From Bacteroidota bacterium (GTDB lineage: Bacteria > Bacteroidota > Bacteroidia > J057), in contig JBCBKZ010000001.1 in the NCBI GenBank assembly GCA_038520955.1, positions 1-32,049 of the forward strand: a DNA stretch of 32,049 bases, read 5' to 3'. This document shows positions 14,085 to 23,529 of the stretch, piece by piece. Position 1 is the first letter of the stretch; the number at the start of each line of letters is the position of its first letter. The notes under the pieces were generated by a model that was not told where the DNA came from, did no database searches, and saw nothing but the letters and a program-made list of their open reading frames with translations. The translations under genes were made by a program, and so were the position numbers.

Positions 14085-14558
14085 ATGCAAAAATATACCT
14101 GGTTTTTCTCTCTTAAAGAGGCTCTCACAACAGAAGCCGAAGCCAAACTGGCACAAACCTTTGAGGCATTTCTGGCTCAGTGGAAATCTCATGGCACACC
14201 CGTAAACGGAAACATAGAGATTAAGTACAGCCGTTTTGTGATTGTGCAGGCTGATCCTAATGATGACAGACCTTCTGGTTGTTCTATAGATAATCTGAAA
14301 CGTACTGTTGAAGAGATCCTCCAGCATTTCTCACTGGAAACAGTGGACCATGCCTATGTGTGGTACAGAGACCAGGAGCAGACTATTCAGTCTACCCACT
14401 TCAGTAAGCTAGCTAAGCTGGTAGAATCAGGAGACTTACAGGCAGATACGCCTATATTTGATCATACCCTTTCTAACTCGGATGATTTGTCTAAGTGGGA
14501 AGTAAGCTTGCAGGATAGCTGGCTTAAGCGCTTTTTGAAAACTTCTCCGGCTTCCTAG
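14085..14558 (+). CDS. Conserved hypothetical protein (157 aa)
   Basis: Intact ORF with plausible composition. It ends 4 nt inside the convergent HD gene. I cannot assign a motif with confidence. Confidence 0.6.
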   Translation: MQKYTWFFSLKEALTTEAEAKLAQTFEAFLAQWKSHGTPVNGNIEIKYSRFVIVQADPNDDRPSGCSIDNLKRTVEEILQHFSLETVDHAYVWYRDQEQTIQSTHFSKLAKLVESGDLQADTPIFDHTLSNSDDLSKWEVSLQDSWLKRFLKTSPAS

Positions 14559-15130
14559 CTCTGTAGGTATAGCTCATTTTGAATGGTGGGCACCATAAAG
14601 TGGAGGAAATGCTCTATCATCTGGAGGGTACTTTCCTTATTCACACATTTTCTGCCTCTCACATCGCATAAGGAAAAAATGCCTAGCAGCCTCAGGTCTA
14701 CTCGTGTGGCCAAAGCTTTATATCCATCCACAGACTGCTTCTTCAGTCCCCAACGTAGGGGAATGTGATGCCAGCGGATCAGGTCTAGTATGACTTTTTT
14801 CTGGCTGGGTAGGATATCTTTCTTTTCTCTGAGGATTTCTCTGGCAATGTTAACACCCGCCATTTCATGCCCGGGAGAACGCCATCTGCCATTTTCCCAT
14901 TTGGTAACTACAGGTTTCCCTATGTCATGTAGGACGGCTGTCCAGTAAAGGATGGTTCTTTCTTCTTCTGTGAGAAAATTCTGTTCAGCATAGGCAAGTA
15001 CTTCAGAAACTACCAAGCAGGTATGTTCATACACATTTCCCTCAGCGTGAAAACGAGGGTTTTGTTCTGTTTCCTTCAAGCGTTGGATATATACAGCAGG
15101 TAGGGGTAGGTTCTGAACTACTGAAACCAT
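14555..15130 (-). CDS. HD-domain phosphohydrolase
   Basis: 191 aa. H...HDIGKP metal-binding signature (LHDIGKPV) plus a downstream histidine (RWHHIPL). Confidence 0.8.
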   Translation of the reverse strand: MVSVVQNLPLPAVYIQRLKETEQNPRFHAEGNVYEHTCLVVSEVLAYAEQNFLTEEERTILYWTAVLHDIGKPVVTKWENGRWRSPGHEMAGVNIAREILREKKDILPSQKKVILDLIRWHHIPLRWGLKKQSVDGYKALATRVDLRLLGIFSLCDVRGRKCVNKESTLQMIEHFLHFMVPTIQNELYLQS

Positions 15131-15563
15131 AAATCTTTCTCACCTTATCATCTCTGATTCTATAGCTGACAATCAAAATCTGTTCCGTTTGAAGGGAGAT
15201 GTTTCCTAAGGAAACTTTTTGTCCTTTTTATCTTAATCGTTTTCGGGAAGCTTAAGATATTATCTGGTACGATTTCCTGAATTGCCCACTAACCTAATAT
15301 CACGAAAAAGTGGATAAAATGGAGGATTGTTGGGATTCTCCGCAAGAATCGCCGTTTCTACCGTTACCAATGTCGGATAATCTGTAGGACTGAAAGGGGT
15401 AGGATATCCCTTACATCAACTGGAAAAGATTCGTCATTGCGGTGGGCTAAAGGGAACGGACTTGGGGGTCAGCCGCAATCTCAATCCGTGCCGAGATCCC
15501 GGACGACCCTTCTAGCAATTCCCTGTATGCTCTCCGTCATGACGCTACTGGAGGCATATTGTC

Positions 15564-17789
15564 TTACTTCTTGGGAGGTTCCTTCTTTTTGAGGGGAGGC
15601 TCTTTTAGTTCTTCCAGTAGATCCATATCCGCATTGGGGTCCTCCATATCCGCTTCTTCCAGTTCATCATCAAAGAAGAGTTCTTCCTGTGTAGGATTAA
15701 GAATTTCTCCCTCTATCTGCTTATTGAGGATAAGCTTAAATTCTACTCGTCTATTTTTCTCCTTATTGGGCTTGGTATCATTAGGAACTACAGGCTTAGT
15801 ATCCCCAAAACCTTGGGCTGATACCCTGCTCTCATCAAAGCTCCCTGCACCGGTTATGTAGTTGGCTATGATTTCCGCCCGCTGTTGGGAAAGCGTCATA
15901 TTATATCTGGGGTCTCCGTCAGAATCCGTATGCCCTTCCACCACCAGATCAAACTGGGGATACAGTTCCAGGAAGCGGACTAGATAGTCTAGCTTGGGTT
16001 TAATACTCCGTTTCAGCTTGTAGCTGTTAGAACTGAACTTTAGCGACTCAAATACAATGGGCTTATTGCTTCTATTGAAATTCTCCGTGAGAATATTAAA
16101 AGTGGTATCTGATACCAGCTCTATGTCTTTCTTGATGGTGAGAAAACTGTTCCCAAAAATGTAGACCTGGTACTTTCTGTCTTTAATGAGGTCAAATTCA
16201 AAGTAGCCTTCCTCATTGATCATCTTGGGCGCTATCTCCACATTTTCTTCCAGGTCTATAATCATCACGGTACCTGTCAGTGCATTCCCACTTACTGAGT
16301 CTACCAGGAAGCCTTTGAGGACAGTATTGGCGTCCGGCCTTGCGCCCATGGGCATAGGGAAGGCATATAGGTCAAAGTCTTGCTCCAGGTGATTGTCTTC
16401 CTGCCCTTCTGATCTGGCGTAGTAGATGAAGTCAGCCTTTCCATCAATGGAGAAATAGTAGTCGTTTCCTCTGGTATTCACCAAGGGGCCCACATTTCTG
16501 GGAGATTCCCAGCCGTCTCCTATCCATCTGGCTCTGAAAATATCAAAACCTCCCAGGGACTGAATCTGTCCACTGGAACTGAAGTAGAGGGTATTCTCTA
16601 TTCTATGGAAGAAGGGTGTTACTTCATCCTGAGAAGTATTGACCATAGGACCCAGGTTTCTGGCCGCCGACCAGTTCCCCTCCCCATCCATTTCAGACAC
16701 ATAAATATCAGTGCTGCCATATCCTCCCGCTCTGTTAGAAGCAAAGTAGAGGTACTTGCCATCTTCTGAGATATTAGGGTGAGAATCCCAGTAGGAAGTA
16801 TTTATGCCTGCCCCTAGATTATGGACATCATCCCAGCTGTCATCAGTAGGATCATAGGTGGCCTGATAAATATCACAGTCCCCAAATCCGGTTTCCTCAT
16901 CATTACATCTGGTAAAGTAGAGAGTCAAACCATTAGGAGATAAGCAGGCTGAACCTTCATTGAAGGAGCTATTAATGTTATCTGGCAGTTTTTCCGCTAA
17001 CACCCATTCTCCATCCATAAAATCTCTGTAAGAATAGTACAGGTTTTCGTCTGTCTTTGAGAAAGGATCCATGATGTCTTCTTTCTCCCTTCTGGAGGTA
17101 AAGAAGAGCACACTATCATGTGGATGCATGAAGGGCGCATAATCAGGAAAAGGATTAGCGTTTACCGTAGGGCCTAAGGAAACGAGTACGTTCTGCGGCT
17201 TGAGGACCGTATCTATATTCCTCCTGACTTTCAGTAATTCATAATACTTATCTATGGGCAGCCATTCAGTGTGGGTGGGTGCCATGAGGGAGTCATATGC
17301 TAGTTTGGGAGCAGCCATTCCTCTCCCATGTTTATGTGCTAATTCATAGAAGAATAAAGCACTGGCGGTATCTCCTTGTATTTGTCTAAGGCGACCCATT
17401 TTCCATAGGGTGCGATAATTTCTTTTGAAGTTCTCTGTCCCAAAATTATTAATGAAGGAGGAAAGGAGGTTATCCATCTCAGCCATGCTGGTGGCTATTT
17501 TGGCGGAATCCTGATCAGCTTGTGCCTGAAGAAGTCTCTTCTCAGTCTGGATGATGGTTTTCAGCAGCTTCTTATCCTGAAAGAAGGGCTTGCTTTCAAT
17601 CCCACTAATACGAGTAGCCTCAGTACCCATACTGATATTTTCAGTAGAGTCTGGGGATAATATGGCTACAGATTTCTGTGTAAGAATTTTGGGTGTTTGA
17701 TCAGAAGTATTGTCCTGACCAAAAGAGAGAATGTAGCTCAATAAAAAAGTACAAAGTAAAACACCCGGCAAATGGATATATTCTTTCAT
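15564..17789 (-). CDS. OmpA-family envelope protein with TolB-like (PD40) beta-propeller repeats
   Basis: 741 aa. Signal peptide, then repeated motifs (PxxSxDGxxLYFxS, YFASNR, LYFSSS) typical of WD40-like/PD40 blades. C-terminal OmpA domain VEGHTDSDGDPxYNMTLSQQRAEII...NRRVEF, followed by an acidic/lysine-rich tail. Confidence 0.88.
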   Translation of the reverse strand: MKEYIHLPGVLLCTFLLSYILSFGQDNTSDQTPKILTQKSVAILSPDSTENISMGTEATRISGIESKPFFQDKKLLKTIIQTEKRLLQAQADQDSAKIATSMAEMDNLLSSFINNFGTENFKRNYRTLWKMGRLRQIQGDTASALFFYELAHKHGRGMAAPKLAYDSLMAPTHTEWLPIDKYYELLKVRRNIDTVLKPQNVLVSLGPTVNANPFPDYAPFMHPHDSVLFFTSRREKEDIMDPFSKTDENLYYSYRDFMDGEWVLAEKLPDNINSSFNEGSACLSPNGLTLYFTRCNDEETGFGDCDIYQATYDPTDDSWDDVHNLGAGINTSYWDSHPNISEDGKYLYFASNRAGGYGSTDIYVSEMDGEGNWSAARNLGPMVNTSQDEVTPFFHRIENTLYFSSSGQIQSLGGFDIFRARWIGDGWESPRNVGPLVNTRGNDYYFSIDGKADFIYYARSEGQEDNHLEQDFDLYAFPMPMGARPDANTVLKGFLVDSVSGNALTGTVMIIDLEENVEIAPKMINEEGYFEFDLIKDRKYQVYIFGNSFLTIKKDIELVSDTTFNILTENFNRSNKPIVFESLKFSSNSYKLKRSIKPKLDYLVRFLELYPQFDLVVEGHTDSDGDPRYNMTLSQQRAEIIANYITGAGSFDESRVSAQGFGDTKPVVPNDTKPNKEKNRRVEFKLILNKQIEGEILNPTQEELFFDDELEEADMEDPNADMDLLEELKEPPLKKKEPPKK

Positions 17790-17993
17790 ACCAGTAGTGC
17801 TTTAGGCTATCCGGACTTACATAAATCCAGAAAAGCTTTCCCACAAAATTACCTTCTCATTCAAGAATGAACTTTAGATAATTCACATCACTAATAATCC
17901 AACTGTAAATATAATTACCCGAACGATTAAGCTTAGTATACGAAAAAATTAAGACAGGTGTACGTGGATAACGAGGAAAGACCCCATTTTTGT

Positions 17994-18431
17994 TTACTTG
18001 GAAAGATGAATGATCATCTTCTTATGTGGACCTATGTTAGGAACGTCAAATTCTTCGCTAATAAATGCCATTCCCAGGCGCTCATAGAAGTTGTAAGCTA
18101 TCTTTCTGGCATTGCACCATAGGTAGTCAGTTTCCAGTTCTGATTGTAGGTGAACGAGTCCTTTCTCCAGCACCTTTCTTCCAAGTCCTTCTCCCTGATG
18201 ATGAGGAAGAACGCCCATCTGTCTGAGCCTGTACCCCTTCCCTTCATAGCCTTCAAGACCTACCGGGAAGAAGGAAGCTACAGCTACTATTTGCTGCTGC
18301 TTCCAGAAACCTAAATGGAAGCTGCCCTCCATATCATCCTCCCTAAGCTTGACCTCATTTAAGGGTTTCCCATTAAATAGGGCCATTGATCTTACATAGA
18401 GAGAGTCGTAAGGGGTGATGAATTTTACCAT
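17994..18431 (-). CDS. GNAT-family N-acetyltransferase
   Basis: 145 aa. Acetyl-CoA-binding motif A is LRQMGVLPHHQGEGLGRKVLE (Q/RxxGxG/A). Confidence 0.85.
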   Translation of the reverse strand: MVKFITPYDSLYVRSMALFNGKPLNEVKLREDDMEGSFHLGFWKQQQIVAVASFFPVGLEGYEGKGYRLRQMGVLPHHQGEGLGRKVLEKGLVHLQSELETDYLWCNARKIAYNFYERLGMAFISEEFDVPNIGPHKKMIIHLSK

Positions 18432-18440
18432 ATGTATTGA

Positions 18441-20231
18441 TCAATTATCAGAGGGTCTAATCATTCTCAAGTTGTTGAGATAAATGTGCTGGGGCGTTTC
18501 AAACATCTCATAATTATTGAAGCGCTGATGTACAGCCCCTTTACGGGTAGGATTAAAGAGAGGGATGATAGGAAGCTCATCTACCAGTATATCCTGAATC
18601 CTGTAGGCCAGCCTCTGTCTTAGCTGAGGATCTATGGCTACTTCAGCACTATCTATGAGCGCATCCACTTCAGTGTTGCTGTATCCGGCATAATTACCCC
18701 CGTTAGATTTTCGGCTTTTTGAGTGCCAATTCTGCTCAAAAGGATAGGGTGTAGGAAAGGGCGTCAACGCCAAAAGGATGGCATCAAAGTCCTGAGACTG
18801 AAGTTTCTGGATTAACTGAGGCATTTGGAGTCCATCTGCTTCACAGCCTATTCCTACTTTTCTCATTTCCTCCGCAAATGCTTCTATGATTTTGTCATTA
18901 TTAGCACTGGCAGGGTAGGATATGGCAAAGCTGAGAGAAACGCGCTCTCCTTCTATTTCTTTGTCCAGAAGCTGATCATTATCTGTGTCAGCCCAGCCAT
19001 CTTCCTGCAGAATCTTGCTGGTTAGATTCGGGTCGAAAGGAATCGGTTCCAGATTGACGTTAAAGTCTGGATGAGACTTGGGGACAGGCGAAAGACTTCG
19101 TGAACTGGAATTGTTGAAGAGGGTTTCCAACACCATGTCTATGGGGAGTACATGACTCACCGCCTTCCTTACGGCCTTAGAAGTGAATATGGGCAAATGC
19201 TCCTCTCCGTCAGGTCTTAGGTTGAGGATCAGCATCCCCTGGCTAGGTCTGTTGACCATCATCAGGTGAAAGTTATTTTGTATACTTTCGCTCTCCTTCA
19301 AATTATTATAGGACGTACTGGAAAGGCTGGTAGTTACATCTATCTTCTCCTGCTTAAGTTCCAGTTCCACAGAAGCCAGATCTCTGTTGATGCGGAAAAT
19401 AATCTTATCCGGATACTGACTGTGGAAAGGGTGATTGAGGTTCTTTCCCCAGTAATTGTCTTTTCTCTTGAGAATGATCTGCTGGTCAGGATACCATTTC
19501 TCTAATTCATAGGGTCCTGAGCCACCAGTAATGAGTTTTTCCTCCCTGCCATATTTCTCATCATAGAATTCAGAAGCCCATGCTTGTAAGTCTTCCTGCT
19601 CAGCTACATCACTTTTACTATCAAGAAAGTCAGTGAGTTCATACTTATCCAGCACTTTCTCCGGATCAAAGACACGTTGGTCAAGAATAAAAGCCAAATC
19701 CCCATAATGAGCATTGATCACATAAGGCTTATTCATGATGAAAGAAACCTTTCTGTCATTCTCAGGATCCAGTTCTATTCCTTTTAGGTAAGCCAGGTAA
19801 GGGTCTTGAGGGGAGGGGGGAGCTATAGGACAGATAAGGACTTTATAAGAGAATAGTACATCTGCAGCGGTAATAGGAGTTCCATCTTCCCATGCAGCAT
19901 CCGGATGTACTTCAAATGTGTAGACTAGTCCGTCTTCTGAAACTTCTGGCAAGCTTTTAGCCAGAGAAGGAGCCAGTTTACCGCTTTCCAGGTCTACGCG
20001 GGTGAGCGTATTATGGATAAGCCGCATGATGGTAGAATAAAAAGCAGTTCTCCCGTATACAGGATGAAGACCTTCGGGTTCAGCCATAAAATGCACCACT
20101 ACTTCGTTAGATTTTTCTCCCGTATAATAAACCAGTGGTTTTTCTTCTTTGCCGGAGGTAGCTGATTCATTCTTGCAGGAGATGAGTAGAGATGTACAGA
20201 TGAGAATGAAACAGAGAAGGGATTTATGCAT
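18441..20231 (-). CDS. ABC transporter substrate-binding lipoprotein, family 5 (peptide/nickel, OppA/DppA-like)
   Basis: 596 aa. Lipobox-like LLISC signal. Length and motifs (W.DG.P.TA.DV.FS, GPY.L..W) are typical of SBP_bac_5. No cognate permease genes lie adjacent. Confidence 0.85.
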   Translation of the reverse strand: MHKSLLCFILICTSLLISCKNESATSGKEEKPLVYYTGEKSNEVVVHFMAEPEGLHPVYGRTAFYSTIMRLIHNTLTRVDLESGKLAPSLAKSLPEVSEDGLVYTFEVHPDAAWEDGTPITAADVLFSYKVLICPIAPPSPQDPYLAYLKGIELDPENDRKVSFIMNKPYVINAHYGDLAFILDQRVFDPEKVLDKYELTDFLDSKSDVAEQEDLQAWASEFYDEKYGREEKLITGGSGPYELEKWYPDQQIILKRKDNYWGKNLNHPFHSQYPDKIIFRINRDLASVELELKQEKIDVTTSLSSTSYNNLKESESIQNNFHLMMVNRPSQGMLILNLRPDGEEHLPIFTSKAVRKAVSHVLPIDMVLETLFNNSSSRSLSPVPKSHPDFNVNLEPIPFDPNLTSKILQEDGWADTDNDQLLDKEIEGERVSLSFAISYPASANNDKIIEAFAEEMRKVGIGCEADGLQMPQLIQKLQSQDFDAILLALTPFPTPYPFEQNWHSKSRKSNGGNYAGYSNTEVDALIDSAEVAIDPQLRQRLAYRIQDILVDELPIIPLFNPTRKGAVHQRFNNYEMFETPQHIYLNNLRMIRPSDN

Positions 20232-20315
20232 ATAAATGATTTGATTTAATCTGTAAAATTATCAAATTTTTGTTCAAATGAAATGGGAAGGTGTCTTCCC
20301 TGAAATAGATAGAAT

Positions 20316-21254
20316 ATGACAGTTAGGGTAGAAGGCCTCACCAAAATCTATGGGAGTCAGAAGGCGTTGGATGAGCTCTCTTTTTCAGTGGAACCAGGCC
20401 AGATTCTGGGATTTCTCGGACCTAATGGTGCTGGGAAAACCACCACCATGAAGATCATAACGGGTTTTCTTTCTCCATCGGAGGGAAATGTAAGCATAGG
20501 AGAATTAGATCCCGAAACCCAAATGATGGAAATCAGGAAGATCATAGGATACCTTCCTGAGCATAACCCACTCTACCTGGATATGTACGTGAAGGAGTTT
20601 TTAACCTTCATAGGGAGAATTTACAAACTTGGGAGAAAGACCCTGGCCGGAAGAATAGAAGAAGTAATAGAAATGACGGGCCTGGGACTAGAGCAGCACA
20701 AAAAAATCAGTATGCTCTCTAAAGGCTACAGACAGCGAGTGGGGCTGGCGCAGGCACTTATACATGATCCGCAGATATTGATATTGGATGAACCTACTAC
20801 CGGACTAGACCCTAACCAGATAGTAGAAATCAGAAAGCTCATTAAGGAAGTGGGGAAGGACAAGACCGTCATTTTCTCTTCTCATATCCTCTCTGAAGTA
20901 GAAGCCATTTCAGATAGAGTCATCATCATTAACAGAGGGAAGCTGGTAGCAGATGAACCTATAGATCAGCTCAGAACCCGGCTGGATGCAGAGAATAGCC
21001 TTCAGTTTAGGGTAAATAAAGGGGGCTTCTCCCTGAATAACATTCAGCAATCTACCGGTGTCCAAAGGGTAGAGAAATTGGATGATCAGACCTTTGTAGT
21101 CATCTCTTCTTCAGAGGTAGACCTAAGAGAGCAAATCTTTCATGAGTGTGTGTCCCAGTCTTATTATCTGGAGTCTCTTTCTCAGGAGTCATTCAGTCTG
21201 GAAGAGGTATTCCGTCTACTAACCAATTCTGAGGAGGTTCTCAGCACGACTTGA
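20316..21254 (+). CDS. gldA: Gliding-motility-associated ABC transporter ATP-binding subunit
   Basis: 312 aa. Walker A GPNGAGKTT, signature LSKGYRQR and Walker B ILILDEP. The GYLPEHNPLYLDMYVKEFL block closely matches my recollection of Flavobacterium GldA. gldF/gldG lie downstream on the same strand. Confidence 0.8.
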   Translation: MTVRVEGLTKIYGSQKALDELSFSVEPGQILGFLGPNGAGKTTTMKIITGFLSPSEGNVSIGELDPETQMMEIRKIIGYLPEHNPLYLDMYVKEFLTFIGRIYKLGRKTLAGRIEEVIEMTGLGLEQHKKISMLSKGYRQRVGLAQALIHDPQILILDEPTTGLDPNQIVEIRKLIKEVGKDKTVIFSSHILSEVEAISDRVIIINRGKLVADEPIDQLRTRLDAENSLQFRVNKGGFSLNNIQQSTGVQRVEKLDDQTFVVISSSEVDLREQIFHECVSQSYYLESLSQESFSLEEVFRLLTNSEEVLSTT

Positions 21255-21355
21255 TTTGCCAAATACCTAAAATAATTGGTTTATTTGTGTCCTTTAGCTA
21301 ATAAGTACTTCGGATTACCATTAGATTTCCACCAATCCGAAAATTTGGAACGCAT

Positions 21356-22768
21356 ATGGGAAGAACGCTTTTTGAGAAAATCTGGGATGCTCACGTAGTC
21401 AGCCAAATCCCGGATGGGCCCGCCATTCTTTATATAGACAAACACCTGATTCATGAGGTTACCAGTCCTCAGGCCTTTGATGGACTGAGAAAAAGAGGCA
21501 TACCTGTTAGAAGACCAGACAGAATTCTGGCTACAGCAGATCATAATGTGCCTACGCTGAACCAGCATCTTCCCATTAAGGAAGAACTGTCCCGCATACA
21601 GGTAGAAAAACTGACCAAGAATTGTGCAGAGTTTGGGATAGACCTGTACGGTCTCAATCATCCTTATCAGGGGATAGTGCATGTGATTGGACCTGAACTA
21701 GGCGTTACCCAGCCGGGAATGACTATGGTGTGTGGAGACAGCCACACTTCTACCCATGGCGCATTTGGTTCTATCGCTTTTGGGATAGGGACCAGTGAGG
21801 TGGAGCAGGTAATGGCTACTCAGTGTATGCTTCAGCAGAAACCTAAAACCATGAAGATTGACATTCATGGGAAACTGAAGCCAGGAGTAGTGTCTAAAGA
21901 CATCATTCTATATATCATTTCGCAGATTTCTGCTTCAGGAGGTACAGGTTACTTTGTAGAGTATGCAGGGGAAGCCATTCGTAGCCTCAGCATGGAAGCC
22001 AGAATGACCATCTGTAACATGAGCATAGAGATGGGCGCCAGAGGAGGACTGATTGCACCTGATGACATTACCTTTGACTATATGCGTGGAAGAGAGTTTG
22101 CTCCTCAGGGAGCAGATTTTGATAAGGCTGTAGAAGAATGGAAGAAATTGGTATCTGATGAAGATGCTACTTTTGACGAGGTGATCAGTTTTAATGCCGA
22201 GGATATTGAACCTATGATCACCTTCGGAACTAATCCTGGTATGGGCATAGGCATAAGCGCTAGCGTACCCACTACAGCTTCCATAGAATCTGCTTCAGGT
22301 AAGGTAAACTTTGAAAAGGCCCTGACCTATATGGGCGTGGAAGAAGGTAAGCCCCTAAAAGGGAAAAAAATAGATTATGTCTTCATAGGTAGCTGTACCA
22401 ACTCCCGCATAGAAGACCTGAGAATGGTAGCTGATATGGTGAAGGGAAAGAAGAAAGCAGATGGTGTGGAAGTATGGGTAGTACCCGGCTCCAAGCAGGT
22501 AGAAAAGCAAGCTATGGAGGAAGGCATACATGAAGTGCTGACAGCAGCAGGTTTCCAGTTCAGAGGACCTGGATGCTCCGCTTGTCTGGGGATGAATGAA
22601 GATAAGATCCCCGCAGGGAAGTACTGTGTTTCTACTTCTAACAGAAACTTTGAAGGAAGACAAGGTCCCGGTGCACGCACCTTCCTGGCAAGCCCCCTAA
22701 CCGCTGCAGCTTCAGCACTGAGCGGCTACGTAGCAGACGTGAGAGGACTTGATCTTATACCAGCCTAA
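21356..22768 (+). CDS. leuC: 3-isopropylmalate dehydratase large subunit
   Basis: 470 aa. Aconitase-family motifs [26 protein letters not shown] and CSACLGMN (Fe-S cysteines). Confidence 0.96.
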   Translation: MGRTLFEKIWDAHVVSQIPDGPAILYIDKHLIHEVTSPQAFDGLRKRGIPVRRPDRILATADHNVPTLNQHLPIKEELSRIQVEKLTKNCAEFGIDLYGLNHPYQGIVHVIGPELGVTQPGMTMVCGDSHTSTHGAFGSIAFGIGTSEVEQVMATQCMLQQKPKTMKIDIHGKLKPGVVSKDIILYIISQISASGGTGYFVEYAGEAIRSLSMEARMTICNMSIEMGARGGLIAPDDITFDYMRGREFAPQGADFDKAVEEWKKLVSDEDATFDEVISFNAEDIEPMITFGTNPGMGIGISASVPTTASIESASGKVNFEKALTYMGVEEGKPLKGKKIDYVFIGSCTNSRIEDLRMVADMVKGKKKADGVEVWVVPGSKQVEKQAMEEGIHEVLTAAGFQFRGPGCSACLGMNEDKIPAGKYCVSTSNRNFEGRQGPGARTFLASPLTAAASALSGYVADVRGLDLIPA

Positions 22769-22778
22769 TAATTAGCAG

Positions 22779-23366
22779 ATGGAAAAATTCACAAACATAC
22801 ATTCCTCAGCAGTACCTCTGCCACAGGAAAACATAGATACAGACCAGATCATTCCAGCCAGATTTCTCAAAGCCATCACCAGAGAGGGGTTCGGAGAAAA
22901 CCTCTTTAGAGACTGGCGCTTTGATCGTGAAGGGAAGGAAAAAGACTTTGTACTGAATGATGCTACCTACTCAGGAAAGGTCCTGGTAGCAGGTAAAAAT
23001 TTTGGCTGTGGTTCCAGTAGGGAGCATGCTGCCTGGGCCATTTATGACTATGGCTTCAGAGTAGTTATTTCCAGCTTTTTTGCTGACATTTTTAAGAATA
23101 ACGCTCTGAATAACGGATTACTCGTCATACAGACTTCTGAAGAACAGCTTCAGCAACTAATGGACATCATCCAGGAAGATCCAGATACTACCTTTGATGT
23201 GAATCTGGAAGAACAAACAGTCGTGAATGAGGCTAAAGGGATTTCTTTCACCTTTGATATCAACAGCTTTAAAAAACTCTGCCTGCTAAATGGCTATGAC
23301 AATGTAGACTTTCTCAGAAGTAAGACTGATGAGATCAAAGCCTATGAAGCCAGCTACCAGAAATAA
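22779..23366 (+). CDS. leuD: 3-isopropylmalate dehydratase small subunit
   Basis: 195 aa. NIDTDQIIPARFLK and NFGCGSSREHAAWA are canonical LeuD motifs. Confidence 0.95.
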   Translation: MEKFTNIHSSAVPLPQENIDTDQIIPARFLKAITREGFGENLFRDWRFDREGKEKDFVLNDATYSGKVLVAGKNFGCGSSREHAAWAIYDYGFRVVISSFFADIFKNNALNNGLLVIQTSEEQLQQLMDIIQEDPDTTFDVNLEEQTVVNEAKGISFTFDINSFKKLCLLNGYDNVDFLRSKTDEIKAYEASYQK

Positions 23367-23388
23367 GCTTAAGTCTAAGATTAAAGTA

Positions 23389-23510
23389 ATCAATATTCAC
23401 TTATTCAACATTCAAAATTCATTCATTCAATCATTCAGAATTCAATATTCAGTACTCGTCATTCAAAACTCAATCATTCAATCATTCAAAACTCAGTCAT
23501 TCACTCATTA
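23389..23510. repeat. ATTCA-rich dispersed repeat, copy 2 (between leuD and leuB)
   Basis: aatcaatattcacttattcaacattcaaaattcattcattcaatcattcagaattcaatattcagtactcgtcattcaaaactcaatcattcaatcattcaaaactcagtcattcactcatt. Related to 13989-14084. Confidence 0.65.
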
Positions 23511-23529
23511 AATCATCCTAACAAAGCAC

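Noticed and set aside
13981-14205. 74-aa ORF (IQYSIIQNSKF...), and the similar 60-aa ORF at 23329-23511
   Set aside because: Both are translations of the ATTCA-rich repeat with low-complexity IQNS/FIQS peptides. They overlap better-supported genes or gaps, so I treat them as non-coding repeats.
15131-15563. RNase P RNA, tmRNA, SRP RNA or cobalamin riboswitch in the ORF-free gap
   Set aside because: I checked both strands for hallmark strings: GAGGAAAGUCCGGGC and ACAGAA-CGGCUUA for RNase P, GGGGCUGA at the 5' end and a tRNA-like 3' end for tmRNA, and the GCCACUG/B12 box. None is present beyond short chance similarities such as AAAGGGAACGG. It stays as unassigned structured RNA only.
21255-21355. 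Leucine leader-peptide attenuator or T-box upstream of leuC
   Set aside because: Only a single inverted repeat (tcggatt ... aatccga) is present. There is no Leu-rich mini-ORF and no T-box specifier or T-box sequence, so the evidence is insufficient.
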